DNA of 63,657 nucleotides, counting the filler, from Dimorphilus gyrociliatus (Eukaryota > Animalia > Annelida), in the NCBI GenBank assembly GCA_904063045.1. It is 5 parts of 5 records of this genome, joined end to end, with 100 filler letters (N's around TTAATTAATTAA, not from the genome) between each part and the next. Parts side by side here need not be neighbours in the genome. Positions count along the whole stretch, not along the records: positions 49,823 to 58,736 come from CAJFCJ010000167.1; positions 58,837 to 63,657 come from CAJFCJ010000332.1; 3 more parts are not named here. One strand, written 5' to 3'. Below are positions 49,823 to 61,512 of the stretch, piece by piece. Within the stretch, counting starts at the first letter, position 1, and each line of letters starts with the position of its first letter. A program made the position numbers and the translations under genes. The notes below the pieces were generated by a model. The model saw only the letters and a program-made list of their open reading frames with translations, ran no database searches and was not told the DNA's origin.

Positions 49823-50722
49823 AAAGAATGTGAAATGAAATTTGGCAAGTGTCTATCACAGAGTACTGTTGATAGGACATTATGCCAGTTTCATTTCACA
49901 TTAAACAAATAATACATATACCTTATGCTAGGACAACTGATAGCTGTAGGGAAAAACAAAAAGTCTATGTTAGAAGTTATCGTGAATGGAACACAAAATG
50001 AAGATAAAATTCATTTTGTGGATGAAGTGGGATTTGCTGTGGTCACAAGAACAAAAAAAGGGAGAGCAAAAAGTGGTCAGTCGCCTATGATGACGGTTCC
50101 TTCTGCAATAAGCAGAAATATTTCTATTGTTGCTGCTATGAATAAGTATTACATGATTTACCACAAGATTCATGAAAAATCTGTAAAAGGTGAAGATTTC
50201 AAAGAGTGTATTTTGGAAATTGAATCATCATGTCATAGAAAAGGAATTGAACCCCCAGTTTTTATAATGGATAATGCTCAATCCATCATTATAGGGACTA
50301 AAAGACGAAATAACCTGAAGAAATATGACTATAAAGCACCTTCCGCCTTATTCACCGTTTTTAAATCCTATAGAGAATATTTTTTCAGTTTGGAAGAATT
50401 TAGTAAAAAAAGATAAGCCAGCGAGTGAATCACAGCTACGAGACTCTATAAACAAATCTTTCGATAAAATACTACCAACTCATTGTGACTCATTCTACAG
50501 GAAAATGATAGGTGTAATAGTAAAAATAGAAAATAATGAAGAGTTTTTAATTAAAAAGTATAAGTGTTTGAAATATTTACAAAATTTTATTAAATTTTAT
50601 TTAAATTCGACATATAAATAAAGTTCCAATTTTATCCCAAGTTGGTTGCAAAAGATCTCAAGTTGGTTGCAAGAGGTCTCAAGTTAGTTGCAAGAGATCT
50701 CAAGTTGATCGAACCCCCCTAT
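49823..50722 (+). mobile_element. IS630/Tc1-like (DDE_3) transposon, 5' partial and frameshifted
   Basis: IHFVDEVGF, VFIMDNA, then a frameshift to HLPPYSPFLNPIENIFSVWK. The right end has subterminal repeats and finishes GAACCCCC-TA. Confidence 0.85.
50638..50718 (+). repeat. About 3.5 x 21-bp tandem repeat CAAGTTGGTTGCAARAGRTCT (subterminal repeats of the transposon)
   Basis: Units start at 50638, 50659, 50680 and 50701 (partial). Confidence 0.85.
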
Positions 50723-50739
50723 ATTTTATCTCATTATAT

Positions 50740-51800
50740 CCTTTCCATTCATCGGTTATAATAATGGAATTTCTTCTACAAGTTTATTGATAATTATTTG
50801 AAGAATTAATGAATCTCTTTTTTTTACAACTTCAAAAAAGCATCTTTTTGTGCTTCTATAAAGACCACCACCAACCACCCTCAATTCCTCATTATATCTT
50901 GCTACATTATATTATCGCTTAGTCACAGCCCTTTCATCAATCTCTATGACTAAACCAGGACCTCCTATTTTAGTTATAGTGTCATGAGTAATTTTACTTC
51001 TAACTAGACTTATGACTGTTTTATAGAGTTCATAGTTTACACAATTTTGATCAAGTTATATACAGTAGGAGGTTTTATAGAACATTCAAAGATAAAAAAA
51101 TAATGTTTTAATTGATATGTTCATTTTAGTGAAAACAGAGCCATCACGGATTCCCCTTTCCCTACCATGTTTCATTGATTTAAACATCCAGATCATGCCA
51201 TCCATATTATGATGTGCTACTAAGTTTCTATTAATTATACGACTATATAAAATTTATTCTTTTTTCAAAATATTTAATTTAGTTAACCAAGAAAAAAAAG
51301 TGACCGTACCAATCATTTAATCTTGTAATTCCAACCTCGTTATTGACATTAGTATAATATAATCCAACTTCAAAGGGGGCTCTGAAAGTAATTTTTGCCA
51401 AATGTTTTCTTCGTATAGATATCAATACCACAACCGCTTATTTTTTTCTTAAAAGTTGACCTACATTATATTTTGGTAAAATTTGCTTTCATAAATCTGT
51501 ACTAAATAACCTAAACTTCGTATAATCTTGTTTTTCTAGTATCATAAATCAATTATTTTTTTCATTTATTTTTGAGTTCATTACATATAGATTTTATCGA
51601 AGAATCCTTAATTTCATTCGCTAATTCTTTTTTATTCAGATGGTATACATAAAAATATAGAAAGTCTATGAATACATTAACTATAGTTTTTGATTTTTTA
51701 ATGATGGTATTCTGATGTAAAGAAATCGCATCTTTACATGTACTACATTTATATTTGTAAAAATATATATTGTACAATTACAGCTCTCTTATCGATACAT
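50740..51800 (-). mobile_element. Merlin/ISXO2-like transposase relics
   Basis: KIGGPGLVIEIDE, VVGGLYRSTKRCF, and a Zn-ribbon YKCSTCKDAISLHQNTI (51562-51777). A further piece LVAIERNTG lies at about 52400-52620. Confidence 0.75.
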
Positions 51801-53346
51801 ATCTTATATCTACCCCTACTGCTTATCTAACATACGTTAGACACATTAATTCTTATTAGGAGTCTTTAAAACTTATTCTCTATAGTTTATTCCAAGAATC
51901 ACTATAATTTGTCTTATAAAAACAATATTTTAGAGATATTGTAAAAAATATTATTTTTTTCCCCGCTTTTATTAACTTTCTCTAAATTTCCAACTCACCT
52001 CCAATTTTTGATTGAATAGGATCCTAAATTTCATTTTTCATGCAATTTACCTTATTTTTGAAAAGTATCAAAAATCCACTATTCTTTACATGAACCTATC
52101 AATGTTTTGAAAATAAAAAGATCGTATTAATACAGTTTCTCTATATTAAAATATCTTTAAATATAATTTAACAAATAAATTGATAATTTAAGGTATTCAA
52201 TAAAAAATTTGTATTAGTTTAATAGGAAGACTTTATGGTAATTTGGTATTCGCATTTATTTGTCCTGATCAAAATAGCAAAAAAGATTCAAAAATAATCA
52301 AAAAAATAAACATTGTGGCAAATTAATGAGAAAAATGAGAACGTGTTATTCGACCTACACTTAATACAACTGAGCCATAATGAATTATATCTCTAACATC
52401 CTGCTTTTATACAGGCACTGTTCTATTTTCCACAATCTAAGATATTTGAGCCTGTATTACGCTCAATAGCTACTAATAACATCTTTTTTCTATAATTTTG
52501 CGTGTACTAAACTTTCTTTTATTAAATAATATTATATCAATTTCTATTATTCCGAAGTCTCTGGACCTCTCATCGCCATCTATATTCGTTTTTTTAGGTT
52601 GTCTCATCAAAAATAACATTGTATAACAGTGGTTTTGAGAGGGGGGAGTGGATCTTTTGTACCTTTGACTTTGTTTTATTTAATAAAACATAATAAGATT
52701 CTAAAAAACTAACTAAAAGGAGTTTATACTTTTAAAAATACAGTTATTAGCTAAAATCCTTTTTTCTTTTTCTAAACATGGCAGAGAACTCCCTCTCGAT
52801 TTTATGTTTATTCTTCTAAAGTTCAAAGCGACTTGACAGAGAATACACATATATAAATCCACAATCAAGTTGTTTAGAGGACTGAGCAAACGGGACGCAC
52901 AAAAAAACGCGCAGTAGAGAAGTATAGTGCAATAATTGCCTCATCACCGTGAATCGGCCCCGGCCACCTTCACTATACACTCTATCTGTGACAGCTGAGC
53001 TAGAGTCAATTAATAAAATACTTTTCTTAATATATATTGTGGAAATATAAATGATGATAATAAAGATATTACTAATTTATATGTATATGTTACTACATAT
53101 ACATATATTGAGTGTATGGTTTACAGAAAAACATAAATTTTAAATACTTTACTTGGAAAACTCTATATTGGATAGACAAATTTTAGTTATTTGTTCTAAC
53201 AAGTTTCTTACACTCTTTCCTCTCTCGACTGAAAGGGGGGAAAAGAACAAATAAAACCAATAGTTTAACTATCAGTTAAGAAAATAAACTATTCCCTTTG
53301 GTTACCCAAATACTGTATAGCATAATATCTTATAACAATTATTAAA

Positions 53347-54330
53347 ATGTCTAAAATAAATTTAAGGTTTGTCGATGGTAAGTGGATAATAGAGACTCCA
53401 GATTTTATAAAAAAGGAGTTTAGTGAGTTAGCATCCCTAGATACAAGAGATTTAATTCTTAAATTACAGGAACATGGTATACTGAGAAGGGAGATGGTAT
53501 GTAAGGGCTGCTCCTCAACCATTACATCTCTCACAATAGAAAGAGGACGACACCCTAGGTTTAGGTGTACATCTAGATCTCGCCCAGAAAAATTGAGCAA
53601 ATCGTTATTCGATAATACAATTTTTAGTAAAAAAAGATTAGTTTAGAACTATGCTTAGAAATACTATATAAATTTGGTTGCAGAAGAACAGTGGCTGATA
53701 CATCTACCCCTTAATGTTAGCAAGCCAAACTGCTATCTCGGTTTACAAACTTTTTAGAAGTAGTATTACACCATTTCTCGAACACCACAATCAGAAATTA
53801 AGTGGAAACTGGTGATAGTCCATGTGGATGAAACAACAATGACTAGTAGACATAGCGAAATAGGTCGAAATTCAGCTTAAAATACTGCATGGGGGAGGCG
53901 GTGTTGATATTCACACTAGATCTTGTTTCTTACGCTTTTTACAATCTAGGTCTAGGTGGATCTGTTTGATTTTCTTAGCGAATGGACGGGTGCCTGAATT
54001 AATTGTTCATACTAATCGTCATATATCGTATAACACTCTTTGTTCTTTTGGTTTTACACATTTAGAGTCAATCACAGTACAGAATTTGTAGCACAAGATG
54101 ATACTCAGACCAATTGGATTAAAGGTATATTTGGTGCATTAAAAATATCTGCAGAAAATATGATAGTGCCTGATCTGATGTAATTAATATCCCCCCATTT
54201 TTATCAGAATTTTGTTTTAGATTATAGCTTTGATTCATAGAACAGAAAAAAGGCTTTTTTAAAGGTGCTTTCTGTGTTAAAATTCTGTAGAGAAAAGTTA
54301 GATGAACAGAAAGTTATATTTTTTATATTT
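53347..54330 (+). mobile_element. Merlin/ISXO2-like transposase pseudogene
   Basis: MVCKGC...RFRC Zn-ribbon, then frameshifted VHVDETTM, GGGVDIHTRSCFL, VNHSTEFV and TQTNWIKG. Confidence 0.8.
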
Positions 54331-54841
54331 TACAGTGTCTTGTTTTCTTTAATTTAGCTTAAATTTTTATTGTTTTATTTAGTAATAATAGAAAACTTTG
54401 TCAAAGCAAATGGGACACAACTTCGTCCCGTTTTCTTTAACCATCCCTTGTATAGAAATAAAAGTATATTTAAAACTTAATTTAACAGTAAACTTTGAGA
54501 TTCTATTTTATATAAAAACCGATTAAAATTCATATATAATTTATTTTATCCTTTTTTTTAAAGGAATGGATATTTTAATTTTTTAAAGTTCTAGGAATTT
54601 ACATTATTATTAGTACTTGGAAAGGTATTTATCATAAACTATGTTTTTATGACAATTACAGCTAATAAAAAGTAGGTTTTTATTGATTAACTATTTTTCA
54701 ATTTCTATAGATACAAACAACTTGTTTTTTGCATATGATTTACTTAAAATGAAAGAATTATATTCATCTTATACATATTAAAAATATTTTTCACTAAATG
54801 ATTTATTAAAAATAATCTTCGATTTAAGTATAATTTGGACT

Positions 54842-55717
54842 TTACGGATAGTGTATATCATATTCAATAGTATCACTATTCATCAAGGGACTTTTTGGTC
54901 CATTCGATAAAACAGCCTTTATTAGCGGAAATATCCCACAATAACAGGCATTAGAAGCTTCGATATCGTGTATTCCTGCCTTTTCCTCAGAAAATAAGTT
55001 ATACAAGCGACGTCTGTAGGTAGTTGCCCCGTTCAAATATTTTTTATATATATCAGTACCAAATTTAAACGCATTTCTTAAAATTTTTAGAGTTTGAGTC
55101 TTATTATCATTAATTTTCGAGATATGGTTTAAATTTTCATGAATAATCTGATAATGTCTATTTACTACTTTTTTTGTAGTAATGCTCTTAATTTTACTAT
55201 TTAAATGTAAATAAAGATCTTCTCTACTTAAGAAAAATAAACTTAATATTAAATCTATAAGTTCATCACTCATATTAGAATTAATTATAAAAGCTTCTAT
55301 TTTAGCGTAATCAATGATATAACACATGTATAAATCAATATTAGGCCCATAAATTTCGTATCTCACGTCTATACTAATACCGTCAACTAAGGTTGGTGTT
55401 TGTTTTATAATAGATGCTATTTTACCTATATTGATATAATTATAAAATCCTTTTTCTTCCAAAACTTTTGGAAAGTAAATTAACTCACAAATTCTTTCTT
55501 TGACGCCCTCTGGACATAATGGGCATATATTCACCGAAGAATCTGTATAAAGTATTAATGGATTGTATTCTATGAGACACTTATCTAAATGAAAGTGATG
55601 ACCACATTCTAAACGTACATTCAAAGTTTTGTAAGTTATTTCAGTCTTACATATCGAGCAATGTCTCTGTTCATTGATAAACTTTATTGCTTTCATCATC
55701 TTGGACTCGTCAGTCAT
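54842..55717 (-). CDS. RING-H2 finger protein (putative E3 ligase), otherwise unrecognised
   Basis: CSIC-x14-CGHHFHLDKC-x17-CPLC. Its ATG at 55717 overlaps the TGA of the upstream ORF (ATGA). Intronless. Confidence 0.7.
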   Translation of the reverse strand: MTDESKMMKAIKFINEQRHCSICKTEITYKTLNVRLECGHHFHLDKCLIEYNPLILYTDSSVNICPLCPEGVKERICELIYFPKVLEEKGFYNYINIGKIASIIKQTPTLVDGISIDVRYEIYGPNIDLYMCYIIDYAKIEAFIINSNMSDELIDLILSLFFLSREDLYLHLNSKIKSITTKKVVNRHYQIIHENLNHISKINDNKTQTLKILRNAFKFGTDIYKKYLNGATTYRRRLYNLFSEEKAGIHDIEASNACYCGIFPLIKAVLSNGPKSPLMNSDTIEYDIHYP

Positions 55718-56097
55718 TTCGTATACTCTAATAAGCAAAAATCAAGTTCATTATAAACTTTGTCGTATATCGATTTAGAGATAATTATATCAGGTGAAGT
55801 ATTATCATATGGATTCAAATATTTATGAATAAAATTAATATAAGGGGTGTTACAAACGAAGTTTAGGTAAGAAATAGCCTCTGTCATTATCTCTGCATAA
55901 AAATCTGCAATATCATAATCAAGATGAGGTGATCTTCGTACTAAATGCGTTATCCATTTTTTTCGTATAGAGCGCATGTTTTTTATTGATATTTGCTCCA
56001 TTTTTTGCTTATGTTTTAAATTTTCTACTTGATAATCATTAGAGGTTGCACTTTTAGGTGATATGCCAATAATTTTTTTACTGTTCTCTTCATTCAT
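55714..56097 (-). CDS. Hypothetical 127-aa protein
   Basis: Open ORF preceded in frame by CCCC-ATG and an 11-codon ORF (56133-56098) ending in TAG. Confidence 0.5.
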   Translation of the reverse strand: MNEENSKKIIGISPKSATSNDYQVENLKHKQKMEQISIKNMRSIRKKWITHLVRRSPHLDYDIADFYAEIMTEAISYLNFVCNTPYINFIHKYLNPYDNTSPDIIISKSIYDKVYNELDFCLLEYTK

Positions 56098-56889
56098 CTA
56101 CATATTCATACGCATAAAGTAATATAACATCATGGGGTATTAAAATTCTTTGTATATATATTAAGATCTGATAAAATCTCTATAAATGATAAAATATTAT
56201 TTATTTATAATTGTTTCTTTCTTATTTTTACTTGTATTTGTTTAAAATTTTTACAGATTTTGATTAGATTTAAATAAATCATAAAATTGATCAAAATGGG
56301 AGGCTAAAATAGTTGTTCTAATAGGTTATAAAAAAGTCATACCTTATAGCTATCTATGAAAATCTAAGTTTTATCAAACTCTGATTTAAAAAAAAAATTT
56401 TTATAAAAAGTATCAAGCATCTCTACTTATCGTTAAGAAATCTGTCTTGTATATAAATCCTTTCGGCTGTATGAAGAAATTCTAACCATAATATTACATA
56501 TAATAATTTATAAAAAAATAATGTGGCTGTAATACCAAAATACACTACCCCTCAGAGCATACTATAAAAAATTTAACCCTTAATTTTTGTTTTAAAAATG
56601 AAAAAACTTAAAAGAAATTTAATAAAAACCTCAAAAAAAATCTCTAGGATGCCATTTTTTTAGATAAACTTCGTTAGATAAGATATTATCTCGGACATTT
56701 TCTTACAATTATTAGGAACTTTAAGTTTAATAGCGCTCTAATCCCCCTTTATTGTAACCATGTGAGATCCTGTAATAGGACCTTTAAAATTATTTTTATG
56801 ATTTACTTTAAGATGTTTTAATTGATTAAGACATCTTTATAGCCTTTCCAATAGTAGGTGTGAACAACATTATCTTTTTTCACATATAA

Positions 56890-58410
56890 ATGGCTAATCA
56901 TCAACTCGCCACATGGCGAGTTGAGGCGTTTTTTTTTAAAAACTAAACTTAAGAAAATTTATTAATAACCTCCTAATATGTCAAAAATAATATTTTCAAA
57001 AAATCAGAGAGGGAAGCCCATTCTAATTCACAATAACCATATATAATCAGTGTAAGGATGTTAAAGGCATAGTCTGATGGAGGTGCCAGATTAGAAGCTG
57101 TAAAGGTGGACTGGTTTTAGCTAATAAAAACGAAGTCGAAAAAGTAACGGATCATAATCACCAGCCTGATCAATATAAGGTAAATATTTATTTGAAAAGG
57201 CAGCTTTTAATTGATAATGCAACCAAAACAACTGAAAAAGCTTCGACTATAGTAGTAAAATGGTAAGTAAAATCGAACCAAAGCTTTTTAAGCTATCACC
57301 TACAGAAAAATTATCTAAATAGGTGTAGGTATAAGAATTTTGAGAATTTTAAATTATCATCATCAGATTTTCCATCAGGCTTGGATACTAATTTTAGAGG
57401 CGATCAATTTTTTGAATTTGACTCAGGTATTAAAGATGAAGATAGATTTGTCTGTTTAAAATCCAACTTTCAATTGTCTTTTATGGAAGAAAGTAAAGTT
57501 TTTTAGTAGATGGGACGTTTAAATCCGTTCCACATGGGGTACACAACTTGTAACTATCCATGGACAGATATTTGGCAAATTTTATTTTCTCGCCTTTATA
57601 TTATTGGATAACAAAAAGGAAACATCTTATAATAAATGTTTTAATTTTTAAAAAAACACCCACTTTAGTCCAGATCGAATTGTGATAGATTTAAAAAAGC
57701 TCTAAAACACTCTTTAGAGCAAACTTTTCCAGTTCTTAAATACATGGATGTAATTTGCACTTTGCTCAATCTATATGGAGGAATATCCAAGAATTGGGTT
57801 AGTAACTGATTATAAAAGGAACTTATATATTAGAAAGCATATAAGATCAGTGCTAAATTTATCATACTTTCCAGTAGACGAAATACTAGAAAGTTTTGAG
57901 AAAATATTGCAATAAACAAAAAATGATAGATCCTTTGAAAGATTTCATTATTTTTTTCTTATATATAAACAACATAATTGAGGGGCAATGCGGGTGTTAT
58001 TCATCCGACTTATAATTATCCATTTTGATCCTGCTATGAAAGAACAATTAAAGGTATCCCAAAACAACAAACGTTCTGAGGCGTGGCACAGAGGGTTAAA
58101 TCAGGAAGCATCAATAGCTCATCCTAATATAGCTAGGTTTCATGAGATATTAGTAAGGTGAAGAAAATTGCATTTTAATATAACTCAAAGAATTTGTAGC
58201 AAAGGAATTAGGTTTAAAAAACAAATTTCAAAAAGGAAAAACTTTAAAGGTAATTTAGAAAAATTATGATTTTTTCGTTGAAAATGGATTTTCGGCTGTT
58301 TTAGAAGATGTTGTCGAATGATGTTGAGAAAAATAAATTTTTTTAATTATTTTTTCAATTTTTAAAAAAGTACCTCAACTCGCCATATGGCGAGTTGAGG
58401 CGAACCGATG
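56890..58410 (+). mobile_element. FLYWCH-MULE transposon pseudogene with palindromic GC-rich terminal repeats
   Basis: ATG 56978 gives MSKIIFSKNQRGKPILIHNNHIY..WRC..RSCKG..TDHNH. Also DGTFKSVPHG and TTNRSEAWHRGLN. Terminal motifs TCAACTCGCCACATGGCGAGTTGA (56901-56924) and CCTCAACTCGCCATATGGCGAGTTGAGG (58373-58400). Confidence 0.85.
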
Positions 58411-58736
58411 AAAATTTTAATTTAATAGTTGTGAAGTTTTTATTTAAAAAAAATATGGAAATGAAGCTTTTACTAAACTATTATCTATTATATTTAATTA
58501 GAACGAGTTATACTTTTATTTTAAAACATAACAAAAAATATATATTTTGTAAGGATCTCGCCCCTTTCCCTTAATTTCTTCATAAAAATGTTTTTTTTAA
58601 TCGAAGGGGATCCAAAGTTCAAGGCTACCAAAAAATCCCTATAGGGGGGTTGCAGTTATTTAAAATATTACAAAGTATAGTTACTTTTTATTAAAGTTCT
58701 ATCAAATACTCATTAAAGGTACACTTAAAACAAATA

Positions 58737-58836
58737 NNNNNNNNNNNNNNNNNNNNNNNNNNNNNNNNNNNNNNNNNNNNTTAATTAATTAANNNNNNNN
58801 NNNNNNNNNNNNNNNNNNNNNNNNNNNNNNNNNNNN
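58737..58836. other. Artificial contig spacer
   Basis: N44-TTAATTAATTAA-N44. Confidence 0.98.
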
Positions 58837-59267
58837 TCCTAATTAGGAATGAAATTGTTAAAAAATTTTCAAATTGTTAAACTCATTTAAAATGCTTTTT
58901 ATCAATAAAAATTCAGATATAACATATTTTTAGCTTTTAATATTTCGTTAAAAAACTCTTACAGATAATTTTAATTCAGATCTCATTTGATGATATCAAA
59001 ATTACCTCTTTTGTATTTTTTTAGATACTTAAAATCTAAAAAATATTAAAATAAAAAATTTTGAATTCGTTTCAATTTAAATATATTTTGTAATTTGATT
59101 CTAGATTCTATATAAGAATCACTGTCTTAATTTTATTTAGTTACTTAACTTTAAACGTTTCTCATTCGTTCAATGAAAAACTTTCTAGTCTACCATAAAT
59201 TCATATTTAAAACAGTTGGTATCAGTATTTTTATATTTAAACAGGCCAGATATCTTTGTTAATTACA

Positions 59268-59843
59268 ATGGGAAATCTGATGACAAAATTTTATTTGTAT
59301 CGCAACAAAAAGATATTATTATTAGGATTAGAAAACTCTGGTAAAACAGCTACACTTTCTAGTCTTATTCTTGAGTATAAGCTTTCTTCATCTTCTTATA
59401 AGGCTCTACAGTCTAAAAACAGTGATAAAACTACAAAGCAACTGAAAAGTAGTGAACAAAAGTTTGGAGATTTCAATCTAAGAACTATATACCTAAATTA
59501 TAGAAATTATAATGTATGGGATTTATCCGGTCATCCAACAGCTAGAAACTTTTGGAAATGTTATTTTGACCATTGTAGAGCTATAATTTATGTTATAAAC
59601 AGCGTAGATGATCGATATTCTTCTAATATTAAATGCTTAGAGTTACTTTTGAAGTCCCCTGAATTAGAAAATGTTGTCTTTCTTGTTTTTTTTAGAAATG
59701 TAGAATCTGATCTAAAAAAAGATAATATGGAAGTTGACATTAGCCGTATAATGGGAAAGAGAACGTATAAAATTATTAAAAGAAAACAAGCAGATGAAAA
59801 CTTTTATAATGAAGGTTTTTTATGGTTGACTCAGCAAATATAA
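59268..59843 (+). CDS. Divergent Arf/Arl-family small GTPase (Arl1-like)
   Basis: MG- N-terminus, ILLLGLENSGKT (G1), VWDLSGH (G3), RNFWKCYF and AIIYVINSVD. No NKxD motif. Confidence 0.8.
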   Translation: MGNLMTKFYLYRNKKILLLGLENSGKTATLSSLILEYKLSSSSYKALQSKNSDKTTKQLKSSEQKFGDFNLRTIYLNYRNYNVWDLSGHPTARNFWKCYFDHCRAIIYVINSVDDRYSSNIKCLELLLKSPELENVVFLVFFRNVESDLKKDNMEVDISRIMGKRTYKIIKRKQADENFYNEGFLWLTQQI

Positions 59844-59979
59844 TTTGGATGTTCAATGTTGATATTTTTTTACACGATTAGAATTATTGATGTTTTCTTA
59901 ATTAGTCTTGCTTTGAAAACACCCAAAAAGGTCGATTAAGTTTATTTAATAAAAAGTTTATAATGTTTCGCTTTTCAAG

Positions 59980-60114
59980 TATTACCTTAATAAATAGCAT
60001 TCCTTATGACTATATAACTTTTGTAAGGTTAATAATCTGTTTTATTACCTTAATAAATAGCATTCCTTATGACTAAAATAACTTTTGTAAGGTTAATAAT
60101 CTGTTTTATTACCT
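59980..60114. repeat. 2 x 63/64-bp tandem duplication covering the stop and 3' region of the LisH gene
   Basis: TATTACCT recurs at 59980, 60043 and 60107. Confidence 0.85.
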
Positions 60115-60765
60115 AAAAAAAGAAAGTTCCATTATTTTATCAAGTCTTTTATCGCCAGTTTTTGTCTCATAATTCTTTATTTTAGAGATAATGTCATCCA
60201 CTCCATTTCTCCATTTATTTTTCTTCATGATTCTTTCATTTAGCTTTGTTATGGTTTTATTTCGAACACTTTGTATATCAACGGTTTCTCTAAATATAAT
60301 ATCAAGCAATAAATCTTCATCACTTAATGAATTTTTGATGAAAAACAAAAAAGCGTCTTCGTATTTTTTACTTTCTAGTAAAATGTATGTTTGATATTCT
60401 AAATATGTCTTACTATTTTTATACATATTTATACAGTCTTCAATACTGTATTCACTTTTATTGTAGAAGTTTAGTGGCTTTTCTACTCTGTTTTCACTTT
60501 CAAATGTAATAGTTTTAGAATTACTCTTTAGTTTAACGTCAGTAGCTTTTTCTTTTAATACATTTACATCTGTTTCAGTACCGCTTCTATCTTGTGTTTT
60601 AACGTTGTTTTCAAATATTGAATCTCTTAATTTAGCTCTCATTATGAATGTTTGATCGATATTAATTTTCAGTTCTTTTTCTTGTGCATATTCTAAATAT
60701 ATGTCTAAATGTCCTTCATATTTGAAGTAATTTAGTACAAATAGGTCTAAGTCTTTATCATTCAT
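60109..60765 (-). CDS. LisH/CTLH-motif protein (GID8/TWA1-like)
   Basis: DLDLFVLNYFKYEGHLDIYLEYAQE (LisH) and MRAKLRDSIFEN (CTLH start). First ATG at 60765; the ORF track starts at a GTG. Confidence 0.65.
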   Translation of the reverse strand: MNDKDLDLFVLNYFKYEGHLDIYLEYAQEKELKINIDQTFIMRAKLRDSIFENNVKTQDRSGTETDVNVLKEKATDVKLKSNSKTITFESENRVEKPLNFYNKSEYSIEDCINMYKNSKTYLEYQTYILLESKKYEDAFLFFIKNSLSDEDLLLDIIFRETVDIQSVRNKTITKLNERIMKKNKWRNGVDDIISKIKNYETKTGDKRLDKIMELSFFR

Positions 60766-61512
60766 AAATATTTTATTCACTCATTCTTTATAACAATGGT
60801 TTTTGATTCTAAATGTTTTGAATTTATCTTTTGTTTCAAAGTATACGTGGAATTGAAATTTCAAATGAAATTCGTTTTTGTAGCTATAAAAAGTGTTCCT
60901 ATTGTTATTTAAAAGCTTATTGGGTATTAATTTACATTAATTATTAAGTTAGAATAGCTAGTTCAATTTTTTTAGTCTTATTTTGAATACCGGAGAAAAA
61001 AAACTTTTTTGATAGCTTATTTGTATTTTATGAGTTAATTTAATATGAAGATATGTTAAGTCTCTTTTAAATATTACTAGTACTTAGAGATAAATATATG
61101 AACAATTATATATTTTAATATATAAAACTACAAATTAAAATTACTTAAACTAGAAAACAATTTTATATTTTAATATTCAAAACTGGAAATTAAGATTACT
61201 TAAACTAAAAAACAATTTTATATATTTTTTAGTATAAGATCTGAGAGAATTACTAAACAGTAAATTGCTTAATAGAATTATCTTAAAATATAAATTTCAC
61301 TTATATTTTAAACGTCTTATGAATATTTTTATAGTTTAATTTCAATTAAATCTACTAATAATTCTATATTTAAAATGCTTAACTAAATTAAGCTAAGAAA
61401 ATAAAATTCAAACTTTTATTTCTATCTATTACGCTAAACACGTATCTGTTTTATAAGTACAAATATTAAGCTATACTTGATTTTTTTAACTTGAATATGA
61501 TTTCACCTATAA

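Noticed and set aside
50638-50718. 21-bp repeats (and the 79-bp repeats at 61513) as CRISPR arrays
   Set aside because: They are head-to-tail with no unique spacers, have no cas genes nearby, and lie in a eukaryotic context.
52900-53006. HDV-like or hammerhead ribozyme in the GC island
   Set aside because: I could not build P1/P3 pairings or find CUGAUGA plus GAAA cores. It is kept only as an unassigned island.
56901-56937. GC hairpin plus T-run resembling a Rho-independent terminator
   Set aside because: The same palindrome marks the other end of a MULE, and it lies upstream of the transposase ATG in eukaryotic DNA.
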